DNA of 64,000 nt from Pedobacter sp. GTDB lineage: Bacteria > Desulfobacterota > Desulfuromonadia > Desulfuromonadales > Syntrophotaleaceae. A program made the position numbers and the translations under genes. The stretch is from contig JBFWJC010000003.1 of NCBI GenBank assembly GCA_050253415.1, positions 224,001 through 288,000 of the forward strand, read 5' to 3'. The notes below the pieces were generated by a model. That model had not been told where the DNA came from and made no database searches. It saw only the letters and a program-made list of their open reading frames with translations. Positions 44,505 through 54,254 of the stretch are shown piece after piece (within the stretch, counting starts at the first letter, position 1; each line of letters begins with the position of its first letter).

Positions 44505-45275
44505 ATGAATGAACAGCAAAAACTGTCTAATAGAACCCTGTGGGTAGTAGCGCTACGTGCTTTAGTGTTGCAGGCTAGCTGGAGTTTCGGGCGCATGCAA
44601 AACCTAGGTTTTCTATTTGCCGTGTTGCCAGCTTTACGACGAATCTATCAAGGCCATGAATTGCAAAGTGTTTGTAAGCGAAATCTGGCATATTTTAATT
44701 CCAACCCCGTTCTGGCTTTTCCCATTATTGGCGCAAGTCTCCGCTTGGAAGCAAAAAAAAGTTGTGGGGCGGAACTGGTTATGGAGGTCGAGGAGTTCAA
44801 GTCGGCTCTTGCCGGGCCATGTGCTGCTATGGGGGATAGCTTTTTTTGGGCTACTTTACGTCCCCTTGCTGCGATTACCGCGGTATGGCTGGCTTTTGCC
44901 GGGTATTGGTGGGCTGTACCAGTGTTTCTCGTACTATACAATGTACCAGCTATCGGTTTGCGTTTTTATGGGTTTATGCAGGGGTATCAAAGGGATTACA
45001 AAATTGTCGATAATCTGCAACGTTGGCGTTTGTCGGATTTGGCATATCGTTTGCGCTCCCTTCTGGTAGTGGTCTTGGGAGGGTTTTCAGCCTGGGTTGC
45101 TTTTTCCGGTATCCAAAATCTGCATCAGCCAACCGTGTGGGGCTGGCTTGCAGTGCCAGGTGTGTTGATTGCCGGGAGTTTTGTACGCAGAGGCTTGTCG
45201 TCTTTTGTAATGTTAATTGGTTTGGTTCTTTTGTTATGGATCGGATTGCTCTTATGTTCCAGTCTGAGATTTTGA
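44505..45275 (+). CDS. PTS mannose-family EIID
   Basis: Motifs QASWSFGRMQNLGF, YFNSNP and GPCAAMGDSFFW. Confidence 0.9.
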   Translation: MNEQQKLSNRTLWVVALRALVLQASWSFGRMQNLGFLFAVLPALRRIYQGHELQSVCKRNLAYFNSNPVLAFPIIGASLRLEAKKSCGAELVMEVEEFKSALAGPCAAMGDSFFWATLRPLAAITAVWLAFAGYWWAVPVFLVLYNVPAIGLRFYGFMQGYQRDYKIVDNLQRWRLSDLAYRLRSLLVVVLGGFSAWVAFSGIQNLHQPTVWGWLAVPGVLIAGSFVRRGLSSFVMLIGLVLLLWIGLLLCSSLRF

Positions 45276-45541
45276 TGGAAAAACAAAATTTTACTATCAT
45301 AAATAAACTTGGTTTACACGCCCGGGCGGCGGCACTCTTTGTGCAAACCGCTAGTAAATACGAGTCTGAAGTCGTTGTGTCAAAGGATGGTGAAGAGGTA
45401 AGTGGCAAAAGCATTATGGGGATTTTAATGCTGGCTGCGGCTCAGGGTTCCGAAATCGAAGTTACTATTTCTGGGCGGGATGCTGATGTTGCCATGGAAG
45501 CTTTGGGGCAATTGATTAAAAACGGGTTCGGAGAGCTGTAG
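45275..45541 (+). CDS. ptsH: Phosphocarrier protein HPr
   Basis: GLHARAAA (His15) and GKSIMG (Ser46). Confidence 0.95.
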   Translation: MEKQNFTIINKLGLHARAAALFVQTASKYESEVVVSKDGEEVSGKSIMGILMLAAAQGSEIEVTISGRDADVAMEALGQLIKNGFGEL

Positions 45542-45542
45542 G

Positions 45543-47318
45543 ATGATTCAGGACGTTTTTCTTGTAGGCATAGGCGCATCGCCTGGTATTGCGATCGGGG
45601 CAGCATATGTTGTTGACCGAAGGCGTATGTCTGCCGTTGAACGGACGCTTGAACCCCATGAGATGGAAGATGAAGTTCGTCTGTTTCAGGATGCTTTGCG
45701 CCGCTCCAAGGAACAGTTGGAAGATGTAAAAAAGCGCGTTGCCGACCCCAGCATTGTAGATCATCTGCACATCATCGATACCCACCTTCTGATATTGCAA
45801 GATCCTATGTTGGTGGAAGAAACCGTCGCCACCATCCGGCGTGAAAAAATCAATGCCGAGGGGGCCCTCAAGCGGACCCTTACGCGGTTCCGCGCTGTTT
45901 TTGACACTATTGACGATGAATACCTGAGGGAACGCCGCTCCGATGTCGATTCGGTTGGTGACCGCATCCTGCGTAACCTGGTCGGAGTTACTCAGCAGTC
46001 GTTGGCCGATATCGAGCGCAAGTCCGTTGTCGTGGCGCATGATCTGTCGCCGGCGGATGCCATGCAGATCGACAAATCGCGTATTATCGGTTTTATCACC
46101 GACCTGGGCGGGCGCACATCTCATACCACGATTCTGGCACGTTCTCTCGGAATCCCTGCCGTGGTGGGCCTCGAGTCCGTTACTTCTCGGGTGCGCGAAG
46201 GAATGCCTGTCATCATCGACGGCAATACCGGTACCGTCATCCTGAATCCTTCCTTGGATACTTTCAGGGAATATCTGGAAAAAAAGCAGTTTTACGAATA
46301 TCAGGCCGAGGAGCTGACATCTTTCCGGGGGCTCGAAGCTGTTACCCTGGATGGACACCATATTATCCTTCGCAGCAATATCGAAATAGCTGAAGAAGTG
46401 CCCATAGCCTTGCGTGAAGGTGCTCAGGGCGTTGGGCTGTTTCGCACCGAATTCCTCTATATGCAGGGCAAAAACGTTCCTTCCGAAGAAGAACAGGTTG
46501 CTGCTTACCGTGAAATTATTGAGAGGATGGCTCCCCACCCGGTGACCATCCGTACCCTCGACGTCGGGGGTGATAAACTGGTGTCGGGCATCGATCTCTC
46601 CGATGAGGCGAATCCGGCCATGGGGCTGCGCGCCATACGTTTTTCGCTGAAGGAAATAAACCTGTTTAAAGTTCAGCTGCGTGCGGTTCTCAGGGCCTCG
46701 GTGTATGGCAAAGCCCGCCTGCTTTTCCCTATGATTACCGGTGTGGCAGAAATCAAAAGCTGCAAATCGCTGCTTGACGAGGTTAAGTTGGAGTTGGCCC
46801 ATGAAGGTCATGCGTTTGATGCCGATATAGAAATCGGGATTATGATCGAAACCCCTGCGGCTGCGCTGGTTACCGAGCTTTTGGCCCAGGAGGTCGATTT
46901 TCTTTCGGTGGGCACCAACGATCTTATTCAATACTGCCTGGCTGTTGACCGGGGCAATGAACATGTTGCCTATCTTTATGAGCCTCTGCATCCGGCGGTA
47001 TTGCGGGTATTGCGTATGATTTGCCAAGCTGCCAAACAGGCCGGGGTAATGGTTGGTATCTGCGGTGAAATGGCCGCCGATCCCCTTTATACGCTTGTGT
47101 TGCTTGGGCTTGGATTTGACGAGTGGTCCATGAATGCTCCCTATATCTCTCAGGTTAAACGTATTATCAGGCAAATTTATCGGCCTGAAGCCGAACAACT
47201 TGTCAAAGAACTTTTCGATTTAGGCTCTGCACCTGAGGCGGCCAGACGTCTGGGGCAGGAAATGAATAAACGTTTTCCCTCTCTTTTTAGTCGTCCAATC
47301 AGCGGTTCAGGCGAGTAA
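45543..47318 (+). CDS. ptsI: PEP-protein phosphotransferase (enzyme I)
   Basis: Motifs GGRTSHT, GVGLFRTEF, RTLDVGGDK, GTNDL.QY and CGEMA; no GAF domain. Confidence 0.95.
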   Translation: MIQDVFLVGIGASPGIAIGAAYVVDRRRMSAVERTLEPHEMEDEVRLFQDALRRSKEQLEDVKKRVADPSIVDHLHIIDTHLLILQDPMLVEETVATIRREKINAEGALKRTLTRFRAVFDTIDDEYLRERRSDVDSVGDRILRNLVGVTQQSLADIERKSVVVAHDLSPADAMQIDKSRIIGFITDLGGRTSHTTILARSLGIPAVVGLESVTSRVREGMPVIIDGNTGTVILNPSLDTFREYLEKKQFYEYQAEELTSFRGLEAVTLDGHHIILRSNIEIAEEVPIALREGAQGVGLFRTEFLYMQGKNVPSEEEQVAAYREIIERMAPHPVTIRTLDVGGDKLVSGIDLSDEANPAMGLRAIRFSLKEINLFKVQLRAVLRASVYGKARLLFPMITGVAEIKSCKSLLDEVKLELAHEGHAFDADIEIGIMIETPAAALVTELLAQEVDFLSVGTNDLIQYCLAVDRGNEHVAYLYEPLHPAVLRVLRMICQAAKQAGVMVGICGEMAADPLYTLVLLGLGFDEWSMNAPYISQVKRIIRQIYRPEAEQLVKELFDLGSAPEAARRLGQEMNKRFPSLFSRPISGSGE

Positions 47319-47322
47319 ATGC

Positions 47323-47351
47323 TTGACAGCGGAAACCTTGGTACTTAGAAT
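47323..47351 (+). promoter_or_regulatory. Sigma-70 promoter of metK
   Basis: TTGACA-17 bp-TAGAAT. Confidence 0.75.
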
Positions 47352-47391
47352 TTAGCGTTTTGAAAATATTTTATAACAGGAGGGATTTTTC

Positions 47392-48561
47392 ATGCCCATG
47401 ACCGATTTTCTTTTTACGTCCGAATCTGTAAGCGAAGGCCATCCGGATAAGGTCGCAGACCAGGTTTCCGATGCGGTACTTGACGCTATTCTTTCTCAGG
47501 ATCCTCAGAGCCGCGTAGCATGTGAAACCATGGTGACAACCGGTATGGTTGTCATTGCTGGTGAAATTACCACCAATGCGACCATCGATTATCCTAATGT
47601 GGTTCGCGAAGCCATCAGGGATATCGGCTATAACGATTCCGCTATGGGATTCGATTGGGAAACGTGCGCAGTACTTACCTCGATTGATCGTCAATCCCCG
47701 GATATTTCGCAGGGGGTTACCGAGGGGCAGGGGCTGTTTAAGGAACAGGGCGCCGGCGACCAGGGTCTTATGTTCGGCTATGCCTGCGATGAAACATCGG
47801 TACTCATGCCGATGCCCATTACCTATGCGCACCATCTGACCCAACGCATGGCCGAAGTTCGTAAAAGCGGGCTTCTGACCTTTTTGCGGCCGGACAGCAA
47901 GTCTCAGGTTTCCGTGCAGTATATTAATGACAAGCCGGTAAGGGTGGATACGGTTGTTGTTTCTTCGCAACACTCTCCCGACGTGGCCTATGAAACTCTG
48001 CGTGAAGCCTTGCTTGAAGAGGTTATTAAAAAGGTCATTCCGGCCGATATGCTTGACGAGGAGACCAAGTTTTATGTGAACCCGACCGGTCGGTTCGTGG
48101 TCGGTGGCCCTCAGGGTGACTGTGGACTGACGGGGCGTAAGATTATTGTAGATACCTATGGCGGGCAAGGTTCCCATGGCGGTGGTGCTTTCTCCGGCAA
48201 GGATCCCTCCAAGGTCGACCGCAGTGCTTCTTATATGGCGCGTTATGTGGCAAAGAATGTGGTTGCCGCCAAACTTGCTCGCAAATGTGAAGTTCAGATT
48301 GCCTATGCGATCGGCGTGGCCGAACCGGTATCCATCATGGTAAATACTTTTGGTACCGGAGTGCTGCCTTCCAACGAAATCGCGCGCATTGTGCGCGATG
48401 AGTTCGATATGCGACCGGCTGCCATTATCCAGACTCTCGATCTGCTGCGACCCATCTACCGCAAAACAGCGGCCTATGGACACTTTGGTCGCGAACTTCC
48501 CGAGTTTACCTGGGAACGCACCGATCGTGTGGAATCGCTGCGCAGTCGTGCAGGGCTCTAA
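47392..48561 (+). CDS. metK: S-adenosylmethionine synthetase
   Basis: Motifs [19 protein letters not shown] and GGGAFSGKD. Confidence 0.98.
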   Translation: MPMTDFLFTSESVSEGHPDKVADQVSDAVLDAILSQDPQSRVACETMVTTGMVVIAGEITTNATIDYPNVVREAIRDIGYNDSAMGFDWETCAVLTSIDRQSPDISQGVTEGQGLFKEQGAGDQGLMFGYACDETSVLMPMPITYAHHLTQRMAEVRKSGLLTFLRPDSKSQVSVQYINDKPVRVDTVVVSSQHSPDVAYETLREALLEEVIKKVIPADMLDEETKFYVNPTGRFVVGGPQGDCGLTGRKIIVDTYGGQGSHGGGAFSGKDPSKVDRSASYMARYVAKNVVAAKLARKCEVQIAYAIGVAEPVSIMVNTFGTGVLPSNEIARIVRDEFDMRPAAIIQTLDLLRPIYRKTAAYGHFGRELPEFTWERTDRVESLRSRAGL

Positions 48562-48573
48562 AAGGGTAACATC

Positions 48574-48602
48574 AAAGGCGAACCGAAAGGTTCGCCTTTT
48601 TT
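48574..48602 (+). terminator. Rho-independent terminator after metK
   Basis: aaaggcgaacc-gaaa-ggttcgcctttttt. Confidence 0.85.
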
Positions 48603-48617
48603 ATATCCGGGGAAATC

Positions 48618-49700
48618 ATGTATTCCAGTGCTAAGGCATTCGTTCCTGAATTGTCGATTGTTGTCCCCATTCTTAATGAATCTTCCACTCTTCCTTCCTT
48701 GTTCTCTACCCTTAAATGCCAGCAGGGAGTTCTATTTGAGCTGATCCTTTGCGATGGTGGTTCAGACGATAGCAGTCGACAAGTATTTGAAAACTTGTTT
48801 GGCTCATTTCCCTTTGCATGCACGTTGCTGACGTCGGAGCCCGGTAGAGCCAGGCAACTCAATATCGGTGCCGCGCACAGCCGTGCCGATATGATCCTCT
48901 TTCTTCATGTAGATTCTAGCTTTGATAGTCCGCACGCCCTCGCAAAGGGGGTTGCTTCTCTGAAGTCCGCTTACCGACAGTACGGCCATCATAAGATAGC
49001 CGGGCACTTCCCTCTTCACTTTATACGACATTCCAGTAAGAGATCCTGGGTTTTTTACCACTATGCCTGGAAGACGTATATGCATCGTTCTTATTGCATT
49101 CATGGCGACCAGGGTTTTTTATTATCCAGGGAATTCTTTACCGTGGTCGGGCCGTTTGACGAATCGCTTCCGTTTCTCGAAGATATTAGGCTGGCAAAAC
49201 GAATTGCAAATTGCGGCAAGTGGGTGCTGTTGCCTGAGGTGATCGGCACATCCGCCAGGCGTTTTGAATACGAAGGCTTTTATCAGCGTCAGGTTCTGAA
49301 TGCTCTTGTGCTTGCTTGTGAGGATGCAGACTCCGGGGCCTGGCTTGACGCTCTGCCGGGCCTGTACAGACAGCAGTCTGCGTGCAATCGGCTTATTCTC
49401 GGTCCGTTTTTCAGAGAGATTGCCGGTAAGATTGCCCTTATGGAGTGGAAGGATCAGTTACGATTCTGGCGTAAGATAGGCTCTTTTGTCTGCGGAAATG
49501 CCTGGCAATTGGCTTTGATGGCAGATACCTGGCGTCATTTCCGAAATGGTGTAGTCGTCGGACAGGGTCGATTAACGTGCACGGGATGGTTCGATAGATT
49601 TGCCGCACCGATTATCCAGCGGCCATTCGGTATTTGGACTGCGGCTGTCCTTACATGGATATGGTTTCGATGGCGGATCTTTGTCAGCTGTTGGTTCTGA
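48618..49700 (+). CDS. Glycosyltransferase family 2 (resembles the TIGR04283-type transferase) with C-terminal extension
   Basis: Motifs SIVVPILNE, CDGGSDD, GRARQLNIGA, FLHVD, HGDQG, LEDI and TSARRF. Confidence 0.85.
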   Translation: MYSSAKAFVPELSIVVPILNESSTLPSLFSTLKCQQGVLFELILCDGGSDDSSRQVFENLFGSFPFACTLLTSEPGRARQLNIGAAHSRADMILFLHVDSSFDSPHALAKGVASLKSAYRQYGHHKIAGHFPLHFIRHSSKRSWVFYHYAWKTYMHRSYCIHGDQGFLLSREFFTVVGPFDESLPFLEDIRLAKRIANCGKWVLLPEVIGTSARRFEYEGFYQRQVLNALVLACEDADSGAWLDALPGLYRQQSACNRLILGPFFREIAGKIALMEWKDQLRFWRKIGSFVCGNAWQLALMADTWRHFRNGVVVGQGRLTCTGWFDRFAAPIIQRPFGIWTAAVLTWIWFRWRIFVSCWF

Positions 49701-49850
49701 ATGGGGATTATTGGTTTTTCCTTTTCGTGGTTTATGAAACTAGGCCAGGACTTAACCGGGTGATGAGTGGTTTTCTTTGCCTTGTTGTGAGCTGAATGGT
49801 TTTGTATGGTAAAATATCTTCATAATCGTTATCGAGAAAGGTAGGCAACC

Positions 49851-50585
49851 ATGAAAATCGCATTGTCTGTTGTTTCATGTGGGTTATCGCTGTTACTGGT
49901 GCTGATTGGATGTACTACCTATCGCAGCCAGGAGGTGCCATTTAGGTCTCCAGCGAGTTACGGCAATATGCAACTTGTAGCCGGAGCACAGTTGGCCTCC
50001 AAGGCATATGTCGATAAAACTGAAGCATCAGAGGCTTTCGGTTTCGATATTCGCAGCGCCGGCCTATTACCAGTTCAAGTGGTTTTCGATAATCAGGGGA
50101 GCAATGCTCTGACAATTGTTCCGGAACAATCTTTTTTGATCGACACCGAAGGTAATTTATGGAACCTGCTCGACAGTAGGACTGCCTACACACGTATTGA
50201 AAAAAGCTCTGAATATGCGCGTATCGCTAAAGGTGGTGGCAAGGGGGCCATGTTGGGAGCGGCAGGCGGTGCGGTTCTGGGGGCAGCCATTGGGATTTTG
50301 AGCGGTGAAAATGTTGGTTCCGCCTTATTTAAGGGCGCCGCAGTCGGTGGTGCGGGTGGTGCGGTGGTTGGTGGTGCTCAGGGGGCCACAGATGATGATG
50401 CTGGTCGACAGATTGCCCGTGACCTGGCGAATAAATCGCTGATTAATCAAGGGATTCAACCTGGTAGTATTGCTCATGGGTTTTTGTTTTTTCCTGGCGA
50501 AGCCTCCTCCGCTGCTCAGTTGAGGTTACAGGTCCGCGAGGTTGCAACCGGACTGGTGCATACGGTAATTATGTCTCTGCAATAA
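49851..50585 (+). CDS. Lipoprotein with glycine-zipper region
   Basis: Lipobox LIGC; GAMLGAAGGAVLGAAIG...GAAVGGAGGAVVGG. Confidence 0.82.
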   Translation: MKIALSVVSCGLSLLLVLIGCTTYRSQEVPFRSPASYGNMQLVAGAQLASKAYVDKTEASEAFGFDIRSAGLLPVQVVFDNQGSNALTIVPEQSFLIDTEGNLWNLLDSRTAYTRIEKSSEYARIAKGGGKGAMLGAAGGAVLGAAIGILSGENVGSALFKGAAVGGAGGAVVGGAQGATDDDAGRQIARDLANKSLINQGIQPGSIAHGFLFFPGEASSAAQLRLQVREVATGLVHTVIMSLQ

Positions 50586-50605
50586 CAAAATATTCCCTGT
50601 GTGGC

Positions 50606-50641
50606 AAAAAGGCGAATCCGTAATCGGGTTCGCCTTTTTTT
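50606..50641 (+). terminator. Rho-independent terminator
   Basis: aaaaaggcgaa...ttcgcctttttt. Confidence 0.8.
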
Positions 50642-50666
50642 CTTGCATTCCAATGCCAGATTCGTT

Positions 50667-50686
50667 ATATCAGGAAAACTTGATAT
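50667..50686 (+). promoter_or_regulatory. Candidate SahR operator
   Basis: 20-bp imperfect palindrome ATATCAGGAAAACTTGATAT immediately upstream of the ArsR-methyltransferase gene; resembles the SahR-type ATATCA-N8-TGATAT motif as I recall it. Confidence 0.75.
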
Positions 50687-50709
50687 GCTTTAGCAGGGAA
50701 ATGTGATTG

Positions 50710-51654
50710 ATGCTTTCTACCTTTAAGGCTTTGGCCGACCCGACACGCTTGCGCTTATTGGCTATTCTCGCACGGGGAGAGTTTACCGTGCAGGAACTGA
50801 CCTCCATTGTTGACATGGGGCAATCTCGGGTTTCGCGACATCTCAAAATTCTCACTGAGGCCGGCCTGTTGTCCGTGAAACGGCAGGGTACGTGGGCCTA
50901 TTACAGATTGGACGGCAGTAATCAATTTTTTGCCGACATCCGGCCGTTGGTGGAGTCGCAGCTGAATCAGGACACCTTGGCAACTTCAGATCGAGAACGT
51001 TTGCTTGCGGTTCTTGAAAACAGGCGTAGTAAAAGCCTCGACTTTTTTGACAGGCACGCCAGGCAGTGGGATAAACTTGTGCGAGACTCTTTGCCTACAG
51101 CCGCTTATCAGGAACTCTTGCTCGCATCCTTGCCCGATATGCAGATCGCTTTGGAAGTAGGGGTGGGAACCGGGAATCTTTTGGAGGGGCTGCGAAGTCG
51201 GGCCGAATTGGTGGTTGGTGTTGACCATTCTCCCGTCATGCTCGAGCAGGCTCGCCAAAGGATTATGCATTCGGGACTGAACGGTATTGAATTACGTTTA
51301 GGGGAGATGAGGCATCTACCGGTCTCGGATAATGAAGTCCAGTGGGCGGTGCTCAACATGGTTCTGCACCATGCAGCTTTGCCTCAGCAGGTGTTCTGTG
51401 AACTTGCTCGCGTATTATCTCCCGGTGGCGGGATTACACTGGCCGATTTGCATCGTCATGAACATGAATGGGTCAGAGACGTCATGGCTGATCAGTGGTT
51501 GGGGTTCGAGCGTTCCGAGGTGGAGGGCTGGTTGCTCTCGGCAGGATTCGAATTGATTTCCTTTCAGATCGTATCTGGTGCGCCCTCAGAGCATGAAGTC
51601 ATTCTTGTTTCCGCAGTCAAAAAACACGTATCTGCCCACGGGGCAAAATTTTAA
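50710..51654 (+). CDS. sahR: ArsR-HTH plus SAM-methyltransferase-fold regulator (SahR-like)
   Basis: HTH motifs [11 protein letters not shown] and [12 protein letters not shown] motif EVGVGTG; MVLHH; directly upstream of ahcY. Confidence 0.85.
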   Translation: MLSTFKALADPTRLRLLAILARGEFTVQELTSIVDMGQSRVSRHLKILTEAGLLSVKRQGTWAYYRLDGSNQFFADIRPLVESQLNQDTLATSDRERLLAVLENRRSKSLDFFDRHARQWDKLVRDSLPTAAYQELLLASLPDMQIALEVGVGTGNLLEGLRSRAELVVGVDHSPVMLEQARQRIMHSGLNGIELRLGEMRHLPVSDNEVQWAVLNMVLHHAALPQQVFCELARVLSPGGGITLADLHRHEHEWVRDVMADQWLGFERSEVEGWLLSAGFELISFQIVSGAPSEHEVILVSAVKKHVSAHGAKF

Positions 51655-51674
51655 ATTCAAATGGAGATAACAAC

Positions 51675-53102
51675 ATGGACAGTAAAACTATTGCTGAAGA
51701 TTATATCGTCAAAGACATTGATTTAGCTGGATGGGGTCGACGTGAAATCCGTATGGCTGAAGCCGAAATGCCAGGACTAATGGCTATCAGAGAGGAGTAT
51801 CGCGGCAAGAAACCACTTGCCGGTGCGCGTATTACAGGTTCGTTGCATATGACCATTCAGACGGCGGTTTTGATTGAAACCCTGGCAGAGTTGGGTGCTG
51901 AGTTGCGCTGGGCCAGTTGCAATATCTATTCGACGCAGGACCATGCGGCAGCGGCCATCGCCGCCGCCGGGATTCCGGTCTTTGCCTACAAAGGGGAGTC
52001 GTTGGAAGAGTACTGGGAATATACCTTCAAGGCCCTGGCCCATGCCGAAGGTCCTCAGCTGATTGTCGACGATGGGGGGGATGCAACGCTGCTGATTCAC
52101 CGCGGAGTGGCGCGGGAGCAAGAATATGCGCGTACCGGCAAAGCGCCTGAAGTTTCCAATGAAAACAAAGAACTGAGTATTGTCGATCAGTTGCTTAATA
52201 GACAATTGCTTGTCGATGGTGAATATTGGCAGCGGATGGCCGCCGGTCTGTCAGGCGTTAGTGAAGAAACCACCACGGGTGTGCACCGGCTTTACCATAT
52301 GGCTCGCAACGGGGAGTTGTTGTTTCCTGCATTTAACGTTAATGACTCTGTCACCAAGAGCAAATTCGACAATCTTTACGGATGTCGGGAGTCGTTAATC
52401 GATGGCATCAAGCGGGCTACCGATGTGATGATTGCGGGTAAAAAATGTGTGGTATTGGGCTATGGCGATGTAGGTAAAGGCTGTGCTCAGGCATTCAGAG
52501 GCATGGGCGCCACTGTATCCGTTACTGAAATCGATCCGATTTGTGCTCTGCAGGCTGCCATGGAGGGTTTTGCCGTTGTCGATATGGATGATGCCTGTCG
52601 TTGGGGGGACATCTATGTGACGACCACCGGCAACGTGGATGTCATAACCCGTGCCCATATGGATTGCATGAAAAACGAAGCCATTGTGTGCAACATCGGC
52701 CACTTTGATTCGGAAATTCAGGTTGAAGGACTTTATGAAGATCCGAGTTTGACCGTTCATGAGGTCAAGCCTCAGGTTGATCAGATCGAATGGCCGGATG
52801 GTAAGCGGATTACTGTGTTAGCCAAGGGGCGCCTGGTCAATCTCGGATGTGCCACCGGTCATCCGTCTTTTGTCATGTCCAATTCTTTTACCAATCAGGT
52901 GTTGGCGCAGATAGAATTGTGGCAAAATGCTGATCAATATGAAAACCAGGTGTATGTACTGCCAAAACAGTTGGATGAAAAGGTCGCCCGGTTGCACCTC
53001 GCCCAACTGGGGGTTAAACTCACCAGTCTTAGCGAAAAGCAGGCCGCTTATCTTGGCGTAGCTGTGGATGGTCCCTACAAGCCTGAGCACTATCGCTATT
53101 GA
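51675..53102 (+). CDS. ahcY: Adenosylhomocysteinase
   Basis: Motifs [33 protein letters not shown] and GYGDVGKG. Confidence 0.98.
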   Translation: MDSKTIAEDYIVKDIDLAGWGRREIRMAEAEMPGLMAIREEYRGKKPLAGARITGSLHMTIQTAVLIETLAELGAELRWASCNIYSTQDHAAAAIAAAGIPVFAYKGESLEEYWEYTFKALAHAEGPQLIVDDGGDATLLIHRGVAREQEYARTGKAPEVSNENKELSIVDQLLNRQLLVDGEYWQRMAAGLSGVSEETTTGVHRLYHMARNGELLFPAFNVNDSVTKSKFDNLYGCRESLIDGIKRATDVMIAGKKCVVLGYGDVGKGCAQAFRGMGATVSVTEIDPICALQAAMEGFAVVDMDDACRWGDIYVTTTGNVDVITRAHMDCMKNEAIVCNIGHFDSEIQVEGLYEDPSLTVHEVKPQVDQIEWPDGKRITVLAKGRLVNLGCATGHPSFVMSNSFTNQVLAQIELWQNADQYENQVYVLPKQLDEKVARLHLAQLGVKLTSLSEKQAAYLGVAVDGPYKPEHYRY

Positions 53103-53129
53103 TGACGATTTATAAATACCAGGAAAATC

Positions 53130-53158
53130 AAAGGCGCCCGGATGGGCGCCTTTTTTTT
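53130..53158. terminator. Terminator between convergent ahcY and lptG
   Basis: aaaggcgccc-ggat-gggcgcctttttttt. Confidence 0.85.
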
Positions 53159-53162
53159 GTCG

Positions 53163-54254
53163 TTAACCTTCGCTGTAAAGAAACATCCAGGCACCGAATA
53201 ATAGAAACAGAATATTCGCACCCCAGGCAGCAATCAGAGGCGGAAAGGTCCCTGAATAACCAAAGGCGAGCAGGGCTGCATGCAGAATAAAGTAAACGGC
53301 CCCGATGGCCACGCTAACTGCGATGCCAAGGGCCAGGCTGGTTCCACGGCCTTTACGGATTGCGAAGGGGATGCCGAGGAAAATCATCACAAGGCAGGCA
53401 AAGGGTGCTGCAATGCGGGCATGCATATCGACTTCAAAACGCGTAGGATTATACCCTTCTCCACGGAGTTTTTTTGCCAGACGTTTCAATTCGCTGATGG
53501 ATAAGTCTTCATTGCGTTTACTCCCCGGCACTTTAAAGTCTTCAGGTGTTACAGGTAGAGGGATCAGCGTTTCATTCAGGCTTTGTTCTTTCAGCAGGTT
53601 TCCGGTCGCTGGATTGAATGTACGGGTGACGACATTGTGGCCTTGCCATTGCTTGTCTTTAAAGACGGCACTGTCGGCGTCTATGCGTTGGCGTATATGG
53701 AAGTTATTGTCAAAGGTTAGCAGGGTGATTCCTTCCAGTGCCTGTTCCCTGGGTTTAGCTAGACGGATATTGAGAATGTTTTTTTTATGGCGCAGCCAGA
53801 TCTTGTCCTGCTTATAAATAACCGCCGGTCCCCCCCTTACTTCCGTCGAAAGAATATATCGGGCTTGCTTGACCGTTGCGGGCACAATAAATTCGTTGGC
53901 GGCAAGGAAAAACAGAGAGAAATACAGACCCATGCGTAGCAGGGGGCTTGTAATCTTCGCGAGACTTACCCCTCCAGCATGCATGGCAGTCAGTTCGGCC
54001 GTGCGGGTGAATCCGCCAAGGGTCATAAAAACTGCCATCAAACAAGCCAGGGGGGCAACCTGGATAATGATGAAGGGGGTTTTGTTTATAAAATAGGCCA
54101 CGCACAGGCTAAGCGAAGCGTGATATTCCATGAAATCATCGATACGCTCGAAAAACTCAACCAGCAGGTAAAGGCCGACGAAAGCTGCAAGGGCCAGGCC
54201 CAACAGGCGGAAGAACGTTAGCAGAACATAGCGATTTAAAAGGGTCATGGTCAT
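53163..54254 (-). CDS. lptG: LPS export ABC permease LptG
   Basis: YjgP/YjgQ pattern (LNRY, ELTAMHAGGVS); follows lptF. Confidence 0.9.
   Translation of the reverse strand: MTMTLLNRYVLLTFFRLLGLALAAFVGLYLLVEFFERIDDFMEYHASLSLCVAYFINKTPFIIIQVAPLACLMAVFMTLGGFTRTAELTAMHAGGVSLAKITSPLLRMGLYFSLFFLAANEFIVPATVKQARYILSTEVRGGPAVIYKQDKIWLRHKKNILNIRLAKPREQALEGITLLTFDNNFHIRQRIDADSAVFKDKQWQGHNVVTRTFNPATGNLLKEQSLNETLIPLPVTPEDFKVPGSKRNEDLSISELKRLAKKLRGEGYNPTRFEVDMHARIAAPFACLVMIFLGIPFAIRKGRGTSLALGIAVSVAIGAVYFILHAALLAFGYSGTFPPLIAAWGANILFLLFGAWMFLYSEG

Noticed and set aside
45516..47198. 560-aa antisense ORF (also 47371-48483 and 4548-5612)
   Set aside because: These mirror ptsI, metK and the acyl-CoA ligase; long antisense frames are expected from codon bias in conserved genes.
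47350..47376. Possible SahR or Fur site upstream of metK
   Set aside because: It matches only about 8 of 20 positions of the palindrome at 50667, and the Fur-like TTGAAAATATTTT lacks the central spacer base. It may be simple AT-richness.
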